64,000 nt of DNA from Pseudovirgaria hyperparasitica (Eukaryota). A program made the translations under genes and the position numbers. Positions 36,830-51,024 of this stretch are shown here, piece after piece. The stretch is taken from the NCBI GenBank assembly GCA_010093815.1, contig ML996567.1. One strand, written 5' to 3'. The notes under the pieces were generated by a model. It searched no databases. It was not told where the DNA came from and was given only the letters and a program-made list of their open reading frames with translations. The number at the start of each line of letters is the position of its first letter. Position 1 is the stretch's first letter.

Positions 36830-39800
36830 GAGATAGCTTCTACTACACGCTATAATACCCGTGGCACTACCTTACACGAGAGACTCTCTCTAAATCTAAA
36901 CGAAGAGAATAGTCTCCCTATAACCACCTCTACTAATAAGTATACTCTATAGGCTATCATACTAATAACTAGTATGGCATTCCGTATAACTATAGAAGAT
37001 TACCTAGATAATAAGGAAGGAGTCTATTATACTCCATCGCGGTCTAGTTTATACTATACTAGATCTATCCTTACTATAAGACTAGACTCTATTAACGTTA
37101 ATGAATTAATTTATTAGAACCGACTAACGTTAACCACGCCTTATAATAATATATATACTAAGCTACACGCGGAGAGGTAGTATTAGGCTTAGCTTAAGTA
37201 GTAACTTTGCGAACTCGACGAAGCGTAAGGACGAACCGCTAGACTCGAAGCCGTACTACGCGCTTTAGTACTAGTAGTAACTAATCTATACTAATATAGA
37301 CTAACTTAAGCTAAAATATTCTAACTAAGTCTATTACTATCCTAGTTACCTCGGCCTAAGAAACTATCTTACTTTAACGGTAAAACCAGGAGGAGCTTTT
37401 ACGAATAGGCTTACTAGTATAGCCGATTCTTCTACCTATTTATGAATAATAGTAATAAGATTAGATTCGTATAGAACTACCTAGACCTAACGCTATCTAA
37501 ACGTTAGATAGTATATCGAATTAAATACCCTAAGGATGCGTATAACTAGGACACGTTCACCGAATTCCTTCTTTAATACTTCGGCAATAGAGCCGAGCGA
37601 CGCGAATAGGCTTAGAGCTATATCTTTAAGACTTAATAGCGAGAGAGATAATCCCCGTTATAACTCCTTAAATACCTCCGACCTCTTTAGAGAGAAGCTA
37701 AGGAAGATCGCATGGTTCGATAATGCGACGACTTTAAAAGGTCCCTTAATCTAAGCGTAAAGGAACGTATCGACCTTATAACGTCTATCTCTACTAACCT
37801 TTAGATACTCGCGAATCTCGTAGAATAATATTAGCGTATAATAAATAACTAACGTCGTATAGGCGTATAACTATCCCTATTAATCTAATCTAATATAAAA
37901 TCATCTAAAGAGGACCGGTTTAGTAATAGATCGCGCGGAATACCTTATGGGCGCTACTACTCTACGAACTCGAGAAGATAAGGCCCGTACCACGGATCTT
38001 TCTACTAGTTAATATATTAAGACGCGAGAAACGACTTATATAAACGATCTAAAGTCACCTACTATATCTATAGTAGGATAGGCCATATAGTACCCGAGTG
38101 CCGCTTAGGGAAACCACCGAATACTAATATAGATACTAAGTTAGTTATATACTATAAGTGCTAGTAGCTAGGACACATCGCGCCTAACTACCCGGTATAC
38201 GATATAAAAAACTAACTATCTATAAGGAACCCTCGCGACTTATAGACATAACTAAAATAGAGGAATAACTAGCTAACTAGTATATCGAACTATAGGCTAG
38301 GCCTATTAAGGTCCCTCGTGGATAATATTAGACCGTAATACTTAATAGCGGTTTAGCTACTAACGTTATATCGACTTAACGAGTACGAGAACTTAACGTC
38401 AACATTTAAGTACTAATAGATACTACCTTCTATGGTATCGACGGTTCTATTAAATCGTAGGGTATCTATACTATTAAATACGGTATCTAGGATAGCGGGG
38501 GGAAGTAGAAACTCTACTACTTAACCTTTATTATAGTAGATAGTCCCTTCGACATAATCCTCGGTATACCGTAGCTTAAAAAATATAACCCGAAACTAGA
38601 CTTCATCTAGAAAACAGCTGGCTAGCGTATATACCTACTATAATAGAACCTAGTATAGCTAGTTAACGATAAATAATTCTAGAAGGACTACGAAAAGGTA
38701 ATCTCCGCTATCTATATCCTCTTACTTACTTAAAATAGAGAGCTTAGTATTAAAGTAGACGAAAACCTACTATATTAGTATAAAATATACTAATATATCG
38801 CGTTAGCGATTAACTCGTCCGAATTACCTTAATACTAATCTACTAACCTTACTATTAACCTTAAAGACGGTTAATAACCCCTATACGGACCCATCTACCC
38901 TCTATTAGAACCCGAGCTATAGGTCCTCCGAGAATACATTAAAAAGAACCTTATATAAGGATAGATTAGGCCTAGTATATCCCTAGCCGGAGCTCTAATC
39001 CTCTTTATAAAGAAGAAGGATAGGAGTCTCCGTCTATATATTAACTACTATAGCCTAAATAATATTATACGAAAGAATCGTTACCTACTACCTCTTATCT
39101 CTAAGTCTATTAATAGACTAGGGCGCGTGAAGATCTTTACTAAGCTCGATCTATATAACGCCTACTACCGCCTACGTATTAAGAAGGGCGATAAGTAGAA
39201 AACGGCGTTTAGGACCCGTTATAGACACTTCGAGTATATAGTAGTCCCTTTTAGACTAACTAACGCGCTAGGAACCTTCTAAGCGTATATTAATAACGTG
39301 CTAGTAGGTCTACTCGACATGACGTGTATTATATACCTTAATAATATTCTTATCTTCTCTAATAATAAAGAAGAACACATCTAGCACGTATACGTAGTCC
39401 TAGATAGGCTAGAAAAACATAAGCTATATATCAAGCTATCTAAATACGAGTTCCACTAGAACTATATTAACTTTCTTAGCTTCATTATTACTAATTAAGG
39501 TATAACCATAGAAAGGGATAGGGTTACTACTATTATGGACTAGCCTAAACTAAAATCGGTTTAAGATATACGTGTCTTTATCGGATTCGCTAATTACTAC
39601 CGAAAATTCGTTAAGTATTTCTCCCGGCTAGTAGCACCGCTTAACGCGCGTACTACTACTATAGATTCGTCTATTACGGTCCGCGGTAGATAGAAATAGC
39701 GTAATATTAAATCATAGCCTATAGAATTATTAGAAGGCGAAAGGGCCTCCTTCGAGAAAATCAAAGAGGCATTTATAACTACTCTATTACTAGTATACTT

Positions 39801-41950
39801 TAACCCGACTAAACCTATCTATATTAAAACCAACGCGTTAGGATTTATAATCTTAGATATTCTCTTCTAGCCTAGACTAACTAAGTCTAAAAAGGTCTAA
39901 TAGTATCTAGTTACGTTCTTCTCACGTAAAATAGTCGATATTAAGACTAGATATACTATCTATAACTAAGAGCTACTAGTAATAGTAGAGTCGTTTAAAT
40001 AGTAGCGATATTATCTTAAAGGTACTATATATAACGTTAAGTTACTAACTAATTACTATAACTTAAAGGGGTTTATAAGTATAACGGTTTTAAACCGTTA
40101 ATAGGTCTAATAGGCTAAGTAGCTTACGAACTTTTACTTTATAATCTACTATTAATCTAGAAGTATAAACCTAGCTAATAGAATATTAAGAAGACCTAAC
40201 TATAAAGAAGGCGCCTAGGATTATAGTAGCTATAGGGTCCTAGAGTAGCTATAGGCCTAACTCTTAAGGACGAGGTTGGATTTTAAGTTATTAGGCGATT
40301 AGTAAGATACTAATATTAATACTAGTAATCGAATCTCTAAGACCGAAGCTAGTAACTAAAGACGCGATACCGAAGTCCCTAGTAGGCCGTTTATTAGCGC
40401 TATCGGGAAGGGCGATAATACCTAGCGTAAATATCTAATTAACCTTACCTAGTTAATCGTGGATCTATAGAAGATAGACCCGATAGTTTTAAAGTTACGT
40501 AAAATATAGTAAGATAGGTTATTACGGACTAAAGTAGACTATAAGTAGACCTTTATAGACGGCTTACTTTACTATAATAGAAAGTACTATATACTAATAG
40601 GTAATACGCGATTTAATATAGTTAGCCGATACTATAACGCTAACCTAGTAGGACACTTTAGGTATATACGTACCCTAAGCTTAATTTATTAGTACTATTT
40701 TTAGGAAGATATACCTAAGTACGTTAAAGAATAGATAGCTACTTATCTAATTTATTAAAGAACGAAGGCCCCTAGGCATAAGCTATATAGGAATTTATAG
40801 CCTCTTTTAGCCCCCCTCTTTATATAGAAAGACGTTACTATAGACTTTATAGTTAACTTACCTCTAAGCGAGATACTTAGGATAAGTTATAATTCTATTC
40901 TTATTATTATAGATAGACTTATAAAGATATCTAGGTATATCCTAGTATAGAAGACGATTACATCTAAAGAACTAGCGTAGGTATTCTAGAACGAGATTAT
41001 TAAGGTCTATAGTATACTAAAAAGGATCGTTACGGACCGAGGAAGTACCTTTATATCTAAATTCTAGATATTATTCTACGAAATAGTAAGTATAAATAGG
41101 AATATATCTATAGTATTTTATCCTTAGACGGATAGCTAGATAGAGCGATAGAACTAGACGCTCGAGGCCTACCTACGTGTATTCTATAATTTTAAGTAGG
41201 ATAACTAGGCCTCCCTACTAAGTATAGTAGAGTTCGTATATAATAATAGTTATTATAGTATAATAGATATTATACCTTTCTAGGCGAACCTCGGATATAG
41301 TCTAAGGATAGGTTTTAAGCCTTAGACGGTCTAATTTAATCGAATAATAGACGTGAACGTCCACGCTTAGGAATTAGCGATTAAAATCTTTAAAACCGTA
41401 CGTAACTATCGCGCTATAATCTAATAAGTAAACGACTCGTATATAAAGTACTATAATAGGTTAGCTAAGAATTAGATGTACGAGGAGGGCGATAAGATTC
41501 TTCTTAATATCTATAATATATAAACGTTATAAGTAAATAAGAAGCTCGATTATAAAATGGCTGGTCCCTTCCGAATCAAACGTTATATTAGTATAAGAGC
41601 CTACGAGCTCGACTTAGGAAGCGATATAAGAATCTATAATATATTCTACGTCTTACTACTCGAAAGATTTCGATCTAACGTGTATGGCCGTACGAACGTG
41701 TAGTTATACTCTATTATACCCTAAGATAGACTAGACGTGTTCGAAGTGGACTATATTATTAAATATAGAATTAATAAAGATAGTATTTAGAAATATAGAA
41801 TCCGTTAGAAGGACTATACTAAGGACGAGGATACCTAGGAACCAGTGGTATATATCTTAAGTTCTATAATAACTACGTATAAGTAAAAGATATAGAATAG
41901 CGTATTATTAATATAAGTATAGCGATGTCGCGGTCATCGTAAAAAGAAAA
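36830..41950 (+). pseudogene. Element B gag-pol, RIP-inactivated
   Basis: FDIILGIP*L (protease), SLAGALILFIKKKDRSLRLYINY, KTAFRTRY, YLNN at 39334 (YLDN in copy 2, consensus YLDD), TNALGF (RNase H), TD RGS and TDS*IER*N*TLE (integrase), AGPFRI, and chromodomain YRIR*K...DT*EP. Confidence 0.93.
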
Positions 41951-42499
41951 AGGATACCATAAAGAATAAAGTACTAAACTAGGAAATCTAGACGCGCACT
42001 AGGAAAACTCTATATAGTAGCCCTATAATTCAAGTATTATATGGTTACTAGACGCGAAGAAAGCGTAAATAACCATTTTAGAAACGCGACGCGATATACT
42101 ATAATAGAATAATATAGAAGAGTCTAGAATGGACTAATATAGACTATTATATATAAGAAAAACATAGGACTAAGAACCTAAAAAAAGGTACCCTACCATA
42201 GAATTAAACTCTTAATATAAAATATAAAAGGTTAGAGTATCTAAACCGATAACTACTAGACTACTAGTTCGGGTACTCTAATAGAATTTATAGAGATAAA
42301 CTAATTTATATATGGTGCCTATACTTAGATAACTTAAGGAAAATTAGAATATAGAAACCGATAGTTATAAGCTAAGCGAGCGCATATATAATATTATTAA
42401 GTTAAGAATTAAATTACTAGAAACTAGCCGACGGGTATCTAAACGGTCTAAAAAGGACTAAAACGGATAAAAGCTAGGTAAATAGAGCCGGCGCGCACT

Positions 42500-43880
42500 A
42501 TCTATAGTAGATCTAGAATATATAGAGCTAGGCATAGAGCTAATATATAGAGCTAGAACTATAGAGCTACTTCTCTATCTTATTATCTATTCTAACCTCT
42601 AGTATAGTCCTCTCTAACCGTACGATATAGTAGTAGAGGATAACGACCTTAGCCTCTAGAGTAATAACCTAATCTATTAGAGTCTAGAGGGAAGAGCCTT
42701 AAGCGCCGGAGTGTAGCGACTAGGTCTAAAGTTAGCTAATATAATCTAGAATAATCTAGAAGGGAATATATACCCTCTTATAAGGCGACTTAGAGGGAGA
42801 AATAGTAGACCTCTTATAAGATCTATTAGTAGCGCGAGACGGACGAGGGGGGATAGAGTAAATCCTCTCTACGGCCTCTATAGCTAGGATAGACTCTCTA
42901 GAATAGGTAGCCTAGGCGCTAGGGATCTCGCGGCGGCTAGAAAAATTAACGGGTATTAAAAATAATTAACGTACTTATAACTTATACTTTAATAACCTCT
43001 AGAAAGAGCTTATAGCGCTCCCTAAACTCCCTCTATATAGTAGATAGACGGCTATAAGGACCCCTAAGGGTCTCGCGGACGCGAAGGTCGTTATATATAT
43101 CTTATATATATATAGGAACCTAAGAATGTATTAGCGCGGACCACTTTAGATTATACTAGATTAAGATAGCCTATTATACTTACCTATAGATAAGTCTTAC
43201 TAGTTATAGTATAGCGGCGGTAGCGGGTAGATAGAGTAAAGATAGGGCGTATAGGCCCGTCGCGGTTAGTAGAGTAGTAGCTAATACTAGAGTTAGAGCG
43301 AAAGAGATATTTAGAGCCGGCCGTATAGCCCTTAATATACTTATAGTATATTAAACCGTAGTTTACCGTTTTCCTATGGCGTAAACCGCGACTATATTTA
43401 GTATCCTTAGTGACCTAGGCCTTATTATTAGTAGGCTAGGGTTTAGAGTAAATATTAAGGTTCTAAAAGAATCTAGAGCGACTAAATCGGTCTATATTAG
43501 ACCGGAAGGAAGAGCGGCGAGGCGGCGGCGTGGGTAAGCGCGAGGGCTCGCGATTATTATCTATAACGAGATCTTCTTTATCCTCTAGAGGAGGTAGAGT
43601 AGATAGCGTACGCTTTAGAGTAAGAGGAGAACCTACGACTACTTTATCTATAAGTTTAATACTAGAATTACCTAGATTAGAGCGACTAGTAGCTATATTA
43701 GTAGTAGAGGTAGTAGTAGTAGTAGCTCTAGCTACTCTCTTCTCCGACTTAGAGCGCGCCTTTATACTACCGCGATAGGTAGGCTTCTTAGCCGGCGTGG
43801 CCGGGGAGGAGGCGATATCTTTAGAGCGAGTCTTATGAGAGAAGGAGGTAGGCTTAGAGATAGAACTAGTATTAGATATC
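42500..43880 (-). pseudogene. Antisense intron-containing cargo gene of element B (copy 1)
   Basis: Reverse complement of 57151..~58500. Intron 43120..43183 reads GTAAGT...GCTAAT...TAG. Confidence 0.65.
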
Positions 43881-44603
43881 TATATATATATATATTAGCT
43901 AGAGATCTAAGGAAGGAATATTTATCTACCCTTAACGGCGATTAATAAAGCTAAATTAGTAACCGTAATAACGCGAATAGGTTATATAGGACCGGTTCTA
44001 ATAAGAATAGACTACTATAGACCCTTCTAAACCTAAACTAGGGAAGATAGTATATGAATTAATAACTTACCTTAAGAGCGAGGTGGATATACTAGAGAAT
44101 AAAATTAAAGGCGAGCGAAGCTAAATATATGCTTAACTAAAGTAGCGATCACGTGTTCTAGGTAGTAGCTATAAAGTAAGGGATAAGCGCGTATATAAAC
44201 TAATAAAAGTAAACTAGAATCTCGAGTTTATCTATATTAAGGATAGTTATAACGTTATAGGAACTTAGTTACGGATATATAGATACACGATAGATTATAG
44301 AGACTTAGAATTATATATACTTAAGTACTTTAGGGCGAAGCATAGAAAGAAGAAGAATATTATTAGGACGGGAACTATAACGGACCTATATAGACTATTC
44401 TAATCTATATAGCCACGTAGTAGCTAGAGCTAGGTTAAGTTAGCTAAGTTAAGCGAGGTTACTATATAAGTGGACCGCATAAACCGATTCCTACTTATTA
44501 GGAATTAACCTTATATAAGAGTAAGATTACTCTATAAATACATTCCTATGTCTCTCTATAAACTGTTAGACTACTATCCCACGTCTTTACTCTTTATAGT
44601 CTC

Positions 44604-46200
44604 TACCTTAATACTAGTTTTAACCGCGGTCTTTACTAGACCTTTACTCGTTTATCTAAGAAGATACGACTTAGATTACTTTCTCGCTTTCTTTTATTAT
44701 CTGAAACTTGTTAGGGCGGTCCTCTCGTCCGCCGCTACTACTATATCGCGTCCCGCGGTTCCCTCGAAAGTAGTCGTTTCCGACTTCTTTTTCTTTACGA
44801 GGATAGCGGTTCGACGGATACTAGCCTTATAACGCTTTACTAGAATAGGAATAGTCGAACTTACTCTACTTATAGAGTTCACGCTAGGTCTATAACTTCT
44901 ATTCGAGCTATTTATAAAAGGTATCTAGATTAGTATTAGATCCGGGTTCCTCTATGCTCACCCTAAATCTTAGATCGAGCTTATTCTAGGCCTATACCAT
45001 AATAAGTGCTTTAGATTTTAAATTTACCTCTTTATAAGCCCTAAGTACTTTCATAATATAGTTAGTTATACTCTAGCCTCCATGTAAGTTCTCGGGGCCA
45101 TATAATATACCTTAGAGTCTCTTTAAGGCGGCACTTAGAGGTATAGAGAATCTCTTTTTAAGTTTCTTAACCTAGCGCTTAAGTCTATCTCCGCTAGTAA
45201 GACTTAACTTTATAGCGTTACTTAATTAAGAGCTATACCAAATTTACACCGTGCCTCTAAGATACTTATAGAGATTGTAACGAATGATTTTCGTAGGGTA
45301 TATCTACTAATAGTTCCTTATTACGTTAATAAACGGCTGAACGGATCTATAATAGACCTTTCTATTCTTATTATAAACATCTTCCGTTCTCGAAGGATCT
45401 ATACTCGGATCGAAGAATCTAATATCCTCCGTCCTAAACTTCGTGTCTCTTAGATTTAAGCTATTATTATCTTTATAGTCTCTAGTTTCCGTAGTTCGCC
45501 GGCGACGATACGGGGGCATATATAATCTATAACGGTAACCCTAAGCTCTATCGTCGTCTCCCTATAGATTATTATCCGAGCCTTCGCTTAGATTATTATC
45601 GTTCCTTAAAACTCTTACTATAGACTAAGCTTACCTATAGTAGTCATTTCTAGACGGACGGTCTCTAGAAAGTTCTTCTTTATTTCTTCCCTAAGGCCTT
45701 TCCTAAGAGGGCGCGACTTAGCTAGCTCTACTTTATTCTACTAGCGGATTTACCCTCTTACGATTATTAAGTACCGCTGAAACTATTATCGTAATTTACG
45801 CGATCATTTCTACGCTTAGTATATTAGGCTAGGCTTACTAAGCCATAATAGAAACTAGAATTAGAGCCGGGATTAGAGGCTCGAGGCTTTAAGGCGTTCC
45901 GACTTACTCTCCGCTTCTCTCTATGCCTTAGCTCGAGCTTCCTCTCTAATAAGGATTCTCTAGTACTATAATCGCCTTATAAGGATTAGAGATTATCGTC
46001 TCGTAAGAATTAGAGTTCTCTAGTCTTACGGGTTTATCGTAAAACTCGAAGTCTTATAGTCTTACGGGCCTTTTCTTTAGCGTAGTAGGAACTTTAATTA
46101 ATAATAGAGGGGACGAGGAAGGTAAATTTACTTCTCTTAGCTATACGAAGTTTCTAAAGTTACTAAAATATTTAGATTAACGGAAATTTACCGCTAGCCT
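44604..46200 (-). pseudogene. Element A gag N-terminal portion
   Basis: Minus-strand coding remnants including KFRTEDIRFFDP (IGFFDP-type motif seen in fungal Gypsy gag). Rejoins 36548 once element B and one TSD copy are removed. The upstream boundary is uncertain. Confidence 0.7.
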
Positions 46201-47247
46201 TTTAACCTTTATAGCTTCGGTAGTCGCTAGACGTATTCCGTAATCCTTATTTATAAGATAGTTCTAGTTAGAAGGATATCTATCTTCCTAAGGCTATTTA
46301 CCCCTAGACCGTAAACGATTTCGATTTCTTAAGACTTCTAGGTATACGTAGGTAATACCTCGAAGTAAGATAAGGGTATAGGGGTTTAATTTATGTAGTA
46401 GGCTATCTTTAAAGTAATAAATAAGTTAATAAGCTATTTTAATAACTTACTCTAATAGCTTAGGAATCGGTTCCTTCTATAATACTAGTAATAGAGCTAG
46501 TATATCTTATATATTCCTAAGTATACCGAGAATATCAGCCGCGAGAGGCGCGGACGTAAGCTTCTCTAGTATACTTAGATAATTAGGAATGTTTAGTAGG
46601 AACCTACTCTAACCTTAGTAGCTCGCGGAAACTAAGGCTTCGCGTACTAATCGTCTTGTCTAATTAGTACTAACCTATTCCTATAAAGTAGAGTTCGACT
46701 AGCACTAAGTATAACCGGTCGTAGTATAGTATTATATTCCTTACTTAACGGGAACTAGGGAATCGTAGGGAGCTCGATCCTTTTAATGCACGACTCGTTT
46801 AGGAATACTAGTACTTATACTACGTTCCTATAATACTCTGGAATAAGTCTTACGGAAATTAGTGTGGTTAGAATAAGGTAAGGCCTTTAAAGCGGATACT
46901 TATTCCTATTTTCCTCTAGTGGCAAATCCTTTATTTACCGTTCCCGTGGCTCCTTCCTTAGGACTCCTTTTATAATTTAATACTCTTATAAGTCTTAATA
47001 ATAGTAACGGTGACGAACGTTACCTAGTGCCTAGTATTCTCTTATCCTTACCGATTATCTTACCGTTTTTATGAACTTCTTTTACTAAATTTTACGGAAG
47101 CGTCTTTTATTTACTAAGTCGGGATATTAACGTCTTTTGATTCGGCTTTGGAGAACTAGTACGTTAGGGCGTTAGTGTCTTATATTCGACTAGTACTATC
47201 TTTCTTTCGAAAATGATTAGCTAGTAGTATGCTTTTAGCTACTAAGA

Positions 47248-47385
47248 TATTAAGGATAGAGATGTTAAGTCTTAGTCAAGTATTAAATTAATTGCTAGCT
47301 ACTTTATAGAATCTACGGCTATCTATATCGGACCTTTAGTCCGTAGTTCTTACCGTTATTCGTCTCCTTGTTACTTTCCGTAATA
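47248..47385 (-). repeat. 5' LTR of element A
   Basis: 138-bp copy of 26502..26639, followed by TSD GAATC. Confidence 0.95.
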
Positions 47386-47759
47386 GAATCTTATATAATT
47401 TTATTTATATCTTACTATAAGAATATTTATTAAGTTTTTCTAAAAGACTAAAGAATCTTAAAGAGATAGATAATAGAGAAAATCTCTATTTTCTCTTCTT
47501 CTCTTCTGAATATACCTTAGTACCTTAGTAGTTACCTTTTTTATATATGCTACAGAGCTTTTCTTAGAATTACTAATTAATCTTTTCTTTTCTTTTTCTT
47601 AATTTTATCACATAGAAAGTAAGAGACTATATAGAAGTATATTTAGATATAATTAGAAAACTTTCTAGAGTCCTAGTTCTAGAGTTATTAGAGAAAATAT
47701 AAGTTTTTAAGAATTAAGAGAAAATGTATATGTTGCCATTCCTGACATGTCCCTCCCTA

Positions 47760-50502
47760 CTATCCAACCAACTCACAACTCCCCAACAACCGCAACTCTC
47801 CCAACGCCTGCGGATTATCCGCACAGCAGCGCCCCTTCGTCAGCTGCTGCTTCCCCGCCATACCCACAAGGCCCGGCGCAGTACCCTTCTGCTCCAGTTT
47901 GCCCCCAACACCCGTCCGGCATGTCGTGTCGACAGCCGCGCAGCTCAATTGTTTGCCCTTCTCGAGCCGGCAGGCTTTGCCACAGAATTCGATGTTTCTG
48001 CTAACGGGCGGGGACCCAGGCGACCCGGCGCACTGCACGGTGCGCACTTGGCAGCCGGTGCTGCAGCCGCCGGCACAGGAGAAGAGGGATTTGACATCGC
48101 GCAACCGATCCCCAGCGAAAATGTCGCTGATGTTCCAGCCGTCATCATTCCAGTCCATCTGGTGGTCTGAAAGCTGGATCATCGGGCCAAGTGGTGCGGG
48201 CGATGACGGAGGCGGCAGCGCTGTATCGTTATCCGAGGAGTCGGGAGGAGGCTCTGCGTATCCGGCCGAGCCAGAGACGCAGAGAGAGGTGTCAAACCAA
48301 GTAGCTGCAGCAGCATCGCGCCACAGCTGGCTCATGTTCCATGCGTTTTGCAGCGTGTAGTATATGCGGCAATTTGCAGCCGAGTACTTGAACTGCAGCG
48401 GCAACGTTTCGTTGCTTCGGACTTGATTGCGGAGAGTGATTCCGGCGAAGGTCGTGAAGATGCCGGTCTCGTGTGGACGTGGTAGCAGCGATGCAGCGGT
48501 TGCGTTGCCATTACTGTTGACCCATGCAAAGTCGTTGTCGATGTCCTCGGCCGTGTATGCGGCGGCGCCTCGGGAGCCGCTGGCGTATTGCATTGGAGCT
48601 GGACCGGAAGGGTGGCCGCCGGCGACGACTGTGCGGATGCCTTTCCGGGTCATCATCTCCACGAATAGAACACATGCTGAAGCGCAGGTGCTGTCGGTGA
48701 GGAGCACAATGTCTTCTGGGCTCCATGGTGGGGGCTCGGGTGGGCCGTCGGGGGGAAGATGGAGGTCGCCGAATGCGGAGCCGGTGAACTCTTCATTGGT
48801 CCAGTTGTATTGCTCCTGTTGTGGTCAGTATGAATAGGATTACGAGAACAATCGTGGGGAAGGACGCACTGTTCTCGAAAACTTCCAGGTGGAGTTGTGG
48901 ATGATCGGACCATTGTACTCTTGCCATGAGGTGAAATTCCTCCCGGTATCAGGATTAATCCTGTTCGTAATGACCCATTCATTTCCTGCAAAGTCATATT
49001 TGTCACCATCTTCCAACGGCAAACTATCCCAGTAATTGGTATATTCGTTCCCAAGAACATTAGCGATATCTTCTACTCGGCGGTTGGAACCGGCAAATGG
49101 AGGCGGACCCGGAAAGAAGTATCGATATAGTTGACGTGTAAGCAAAGGAGTCCCCCCCTCATTACTCTGTAGGTCTATGAGAAACTTTGACATGCCAGCC
49201 TCTTTGGCCAGGGCCGTGAAGCTGTGGACAGCTTCGTCAAACTCAATCACCTGGTCTCCGGTCTGATAAAAGCTGGGTATGCTTAGAACAGCTGTCGAGA
49301 TGTCCCGGAGGAGATATCCAGTGACCACGCCACCGTTTCCGACAGCAAGATTCGCCTGGACAATATCGGGATTACTGGGATACGCGTGTTGCGAGACTTC
49401 ATACCAGCTAGTAAGGGCAGGTTCTGCGCTGCCTTGTTGGTCTTGTCGAGGAGACTGTCGTTTCATCCCCTCTGCATTCTCAACACCGGGCGGTGGTGGG
49501 TTCGCAGGACATGTACCATCATCGGAGCAGGATGATGGGAGAAGACCTAGGACGAAATAGTTGTAGAAGTCTCCAGGAGTAGCCAGAGGGCCTGTTGCGT
49601 TGGGTACGTCATTGTAGAACGCGACCCAGACTGTTTCGAAGGAGGTTCCGTTTTCGCATGTGAATGTGAGATTGTCGCCCGGGTACAATATTGCGCTGCC
49701 AGCAAAAGCGCTGTACACATCTACTGGCTTGTCCGAAGGGACGGTCATGAGCTGGTTCCAGTCGGCATGAGGCTCCACGTTGCCTTGTGAGTTCTCACTT
49801 GCAAAGCGGGTGAGGAAGGGTATCGCCTCTTCTCCATTTATTTTCGTGATGGGACTGATCTCAAAGCCTTGCTGACGCTGAACCAAATCATCTGCTTCTT
49901 ATGAGTAATTAAATTGATTGCAAAGCAAGAACGTACTGACCTGTGAAGTAGATTTGCGGAGCTTCCAAGCCGTCCCTGGATACAGAGGAAATCTCATAGG
50001 GACTCGCAAACGAGAAGGCAGCCAAAATACCTTGGTTCAACTCCACATGAGAGTCGTGAATTGCGTTGACAATCTTGATGGTTGCGGCTTCAAAGTCGTA
50101 CTGATTTTGAAAGACACCAGACGTAGTTGCCTGCTTCAGCCGGTCTAATTCCGCAAGCAAATCAACAGCCGGTTGTTGATAGCCCTGAGGAGGATTCGCG
50201 AGATATGGCAGCGTTCCTTGAAACTGGAGAGTCTCATTGTAGTATTGGATGAACCGCAGTGCAACCTCTGGATGGAAAGGAACATATATCAGGCATTCGT
50301 ATGCTAGAGAGGCTGGAAAAACATAGTACTCGGCGTCGACATAGGATAGGATTTCTCCACAAGCTGTCGATAGAGGATCAGCGGCCCGATTGATCAACGG
50401 CGGGTTCCGCAGGTACACATCTGGTAACGGTACTGAGTCCGCGCTACCAAAGTGAGGTGAGAGGTACGCAAAGACAAGCGCTGTCAACTTGAAAGAATAC
50501 AT
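47760..50502 (-). CDS. Secreted peptidase family S41 (CPAF-like) with Cys-rich C-terminal tail; 3 exons
   Basis: Signal peptide MYSFKLTALVFAYL; LAYECL..VPF; YLANPP; DSH; VLSIPSF; IDLQSNEGG; LTDSTCASAC (catalytic Ser). Introns 49892..49940 and 48816..48869. Confidence 0.9.
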
Positions 50503-51024
50503 CTTATTCAGTAACATACGGCAAAGCATACGCTTGCGGCAAACGTGTGTAGGCACATCGTCTCAACAGCTGGAGCTTGGGCGATTCAAGAGGCCTCTAA
50601 ATATCAGCGACCCTTGTCAAAAGAGGCAAAGTTCGAGTCACTCGATTCAAAATTCAATCAAATCGCTGGTCAATCGGAAAGGCCTTTTGGCTGCCTGGCC
50701 TTGAGCGATCAACTTCCAAGTGTGTTTTGTCTCGGGAATGCCTGCCTCCATGTCACTGACTCTTGCCGAGACTCGTCCCGCACCTATCATGTAGGCCTCT
50801 GGCAGTTGAGTGTGACGAAAATGCATTGATATGCATCGTTTCACACATGAGGAAGACTGCGCACGTAAGCTGAACAACCTTATCGGGACTGTTCTGCGCA
50901 CATCCACATCAGCTGAACAACCTTTTCGGGACTGGTGCTCAGCCTCGTCGAAGGACGTTCACTTACTTTTGTAAACTATTTACGATCTCGAGAATCATGT
51001 AGAGCAATACATAGTTGTTCCATC

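Larger units (their letters stand above)
36554..44598 (+). mobile_element. Element B copy 1: complete Ty3/Gypsy chromovirus (8045 bp) nested in the gag of element A, in opposite orientation
   Basis: 238-bp LTRs at 36554..36791 and 44361..44598. TSD GTCTC at 36549..36553 and 44599..44603. Purine tract AGAAAGAAGAAGAA just upstream of the 3' LTR. Confidence 0.96.
26502..47385 (-). mobile_element. Element A: Ty3/Gypsy chromovirus LTR retrotransposon, RIP-inactivated, interrupted by element B
   Basis: 138-bp direct-repeat LTRs at 26502..26639 and 47248..47385 differ at only 4 positions, all CpA/TpG type. 5-bp TSD GAATC at 26497..26501 and 47386..47390. Minus-strand order gag-PR-RT-RH-IN-CHD. Confidence 0.95.

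Noticed and set aside
28239..45519. Short Ile/Leu/Ser-rich ORFs in the AT block (e.g. 28239..28685, 29523..29732, 35314..35634, 43530..43778, 44548..44832)
   Set aside because: Antisense shadows of RIP-damaged retroelement ORFs, not separate membrane proteins.
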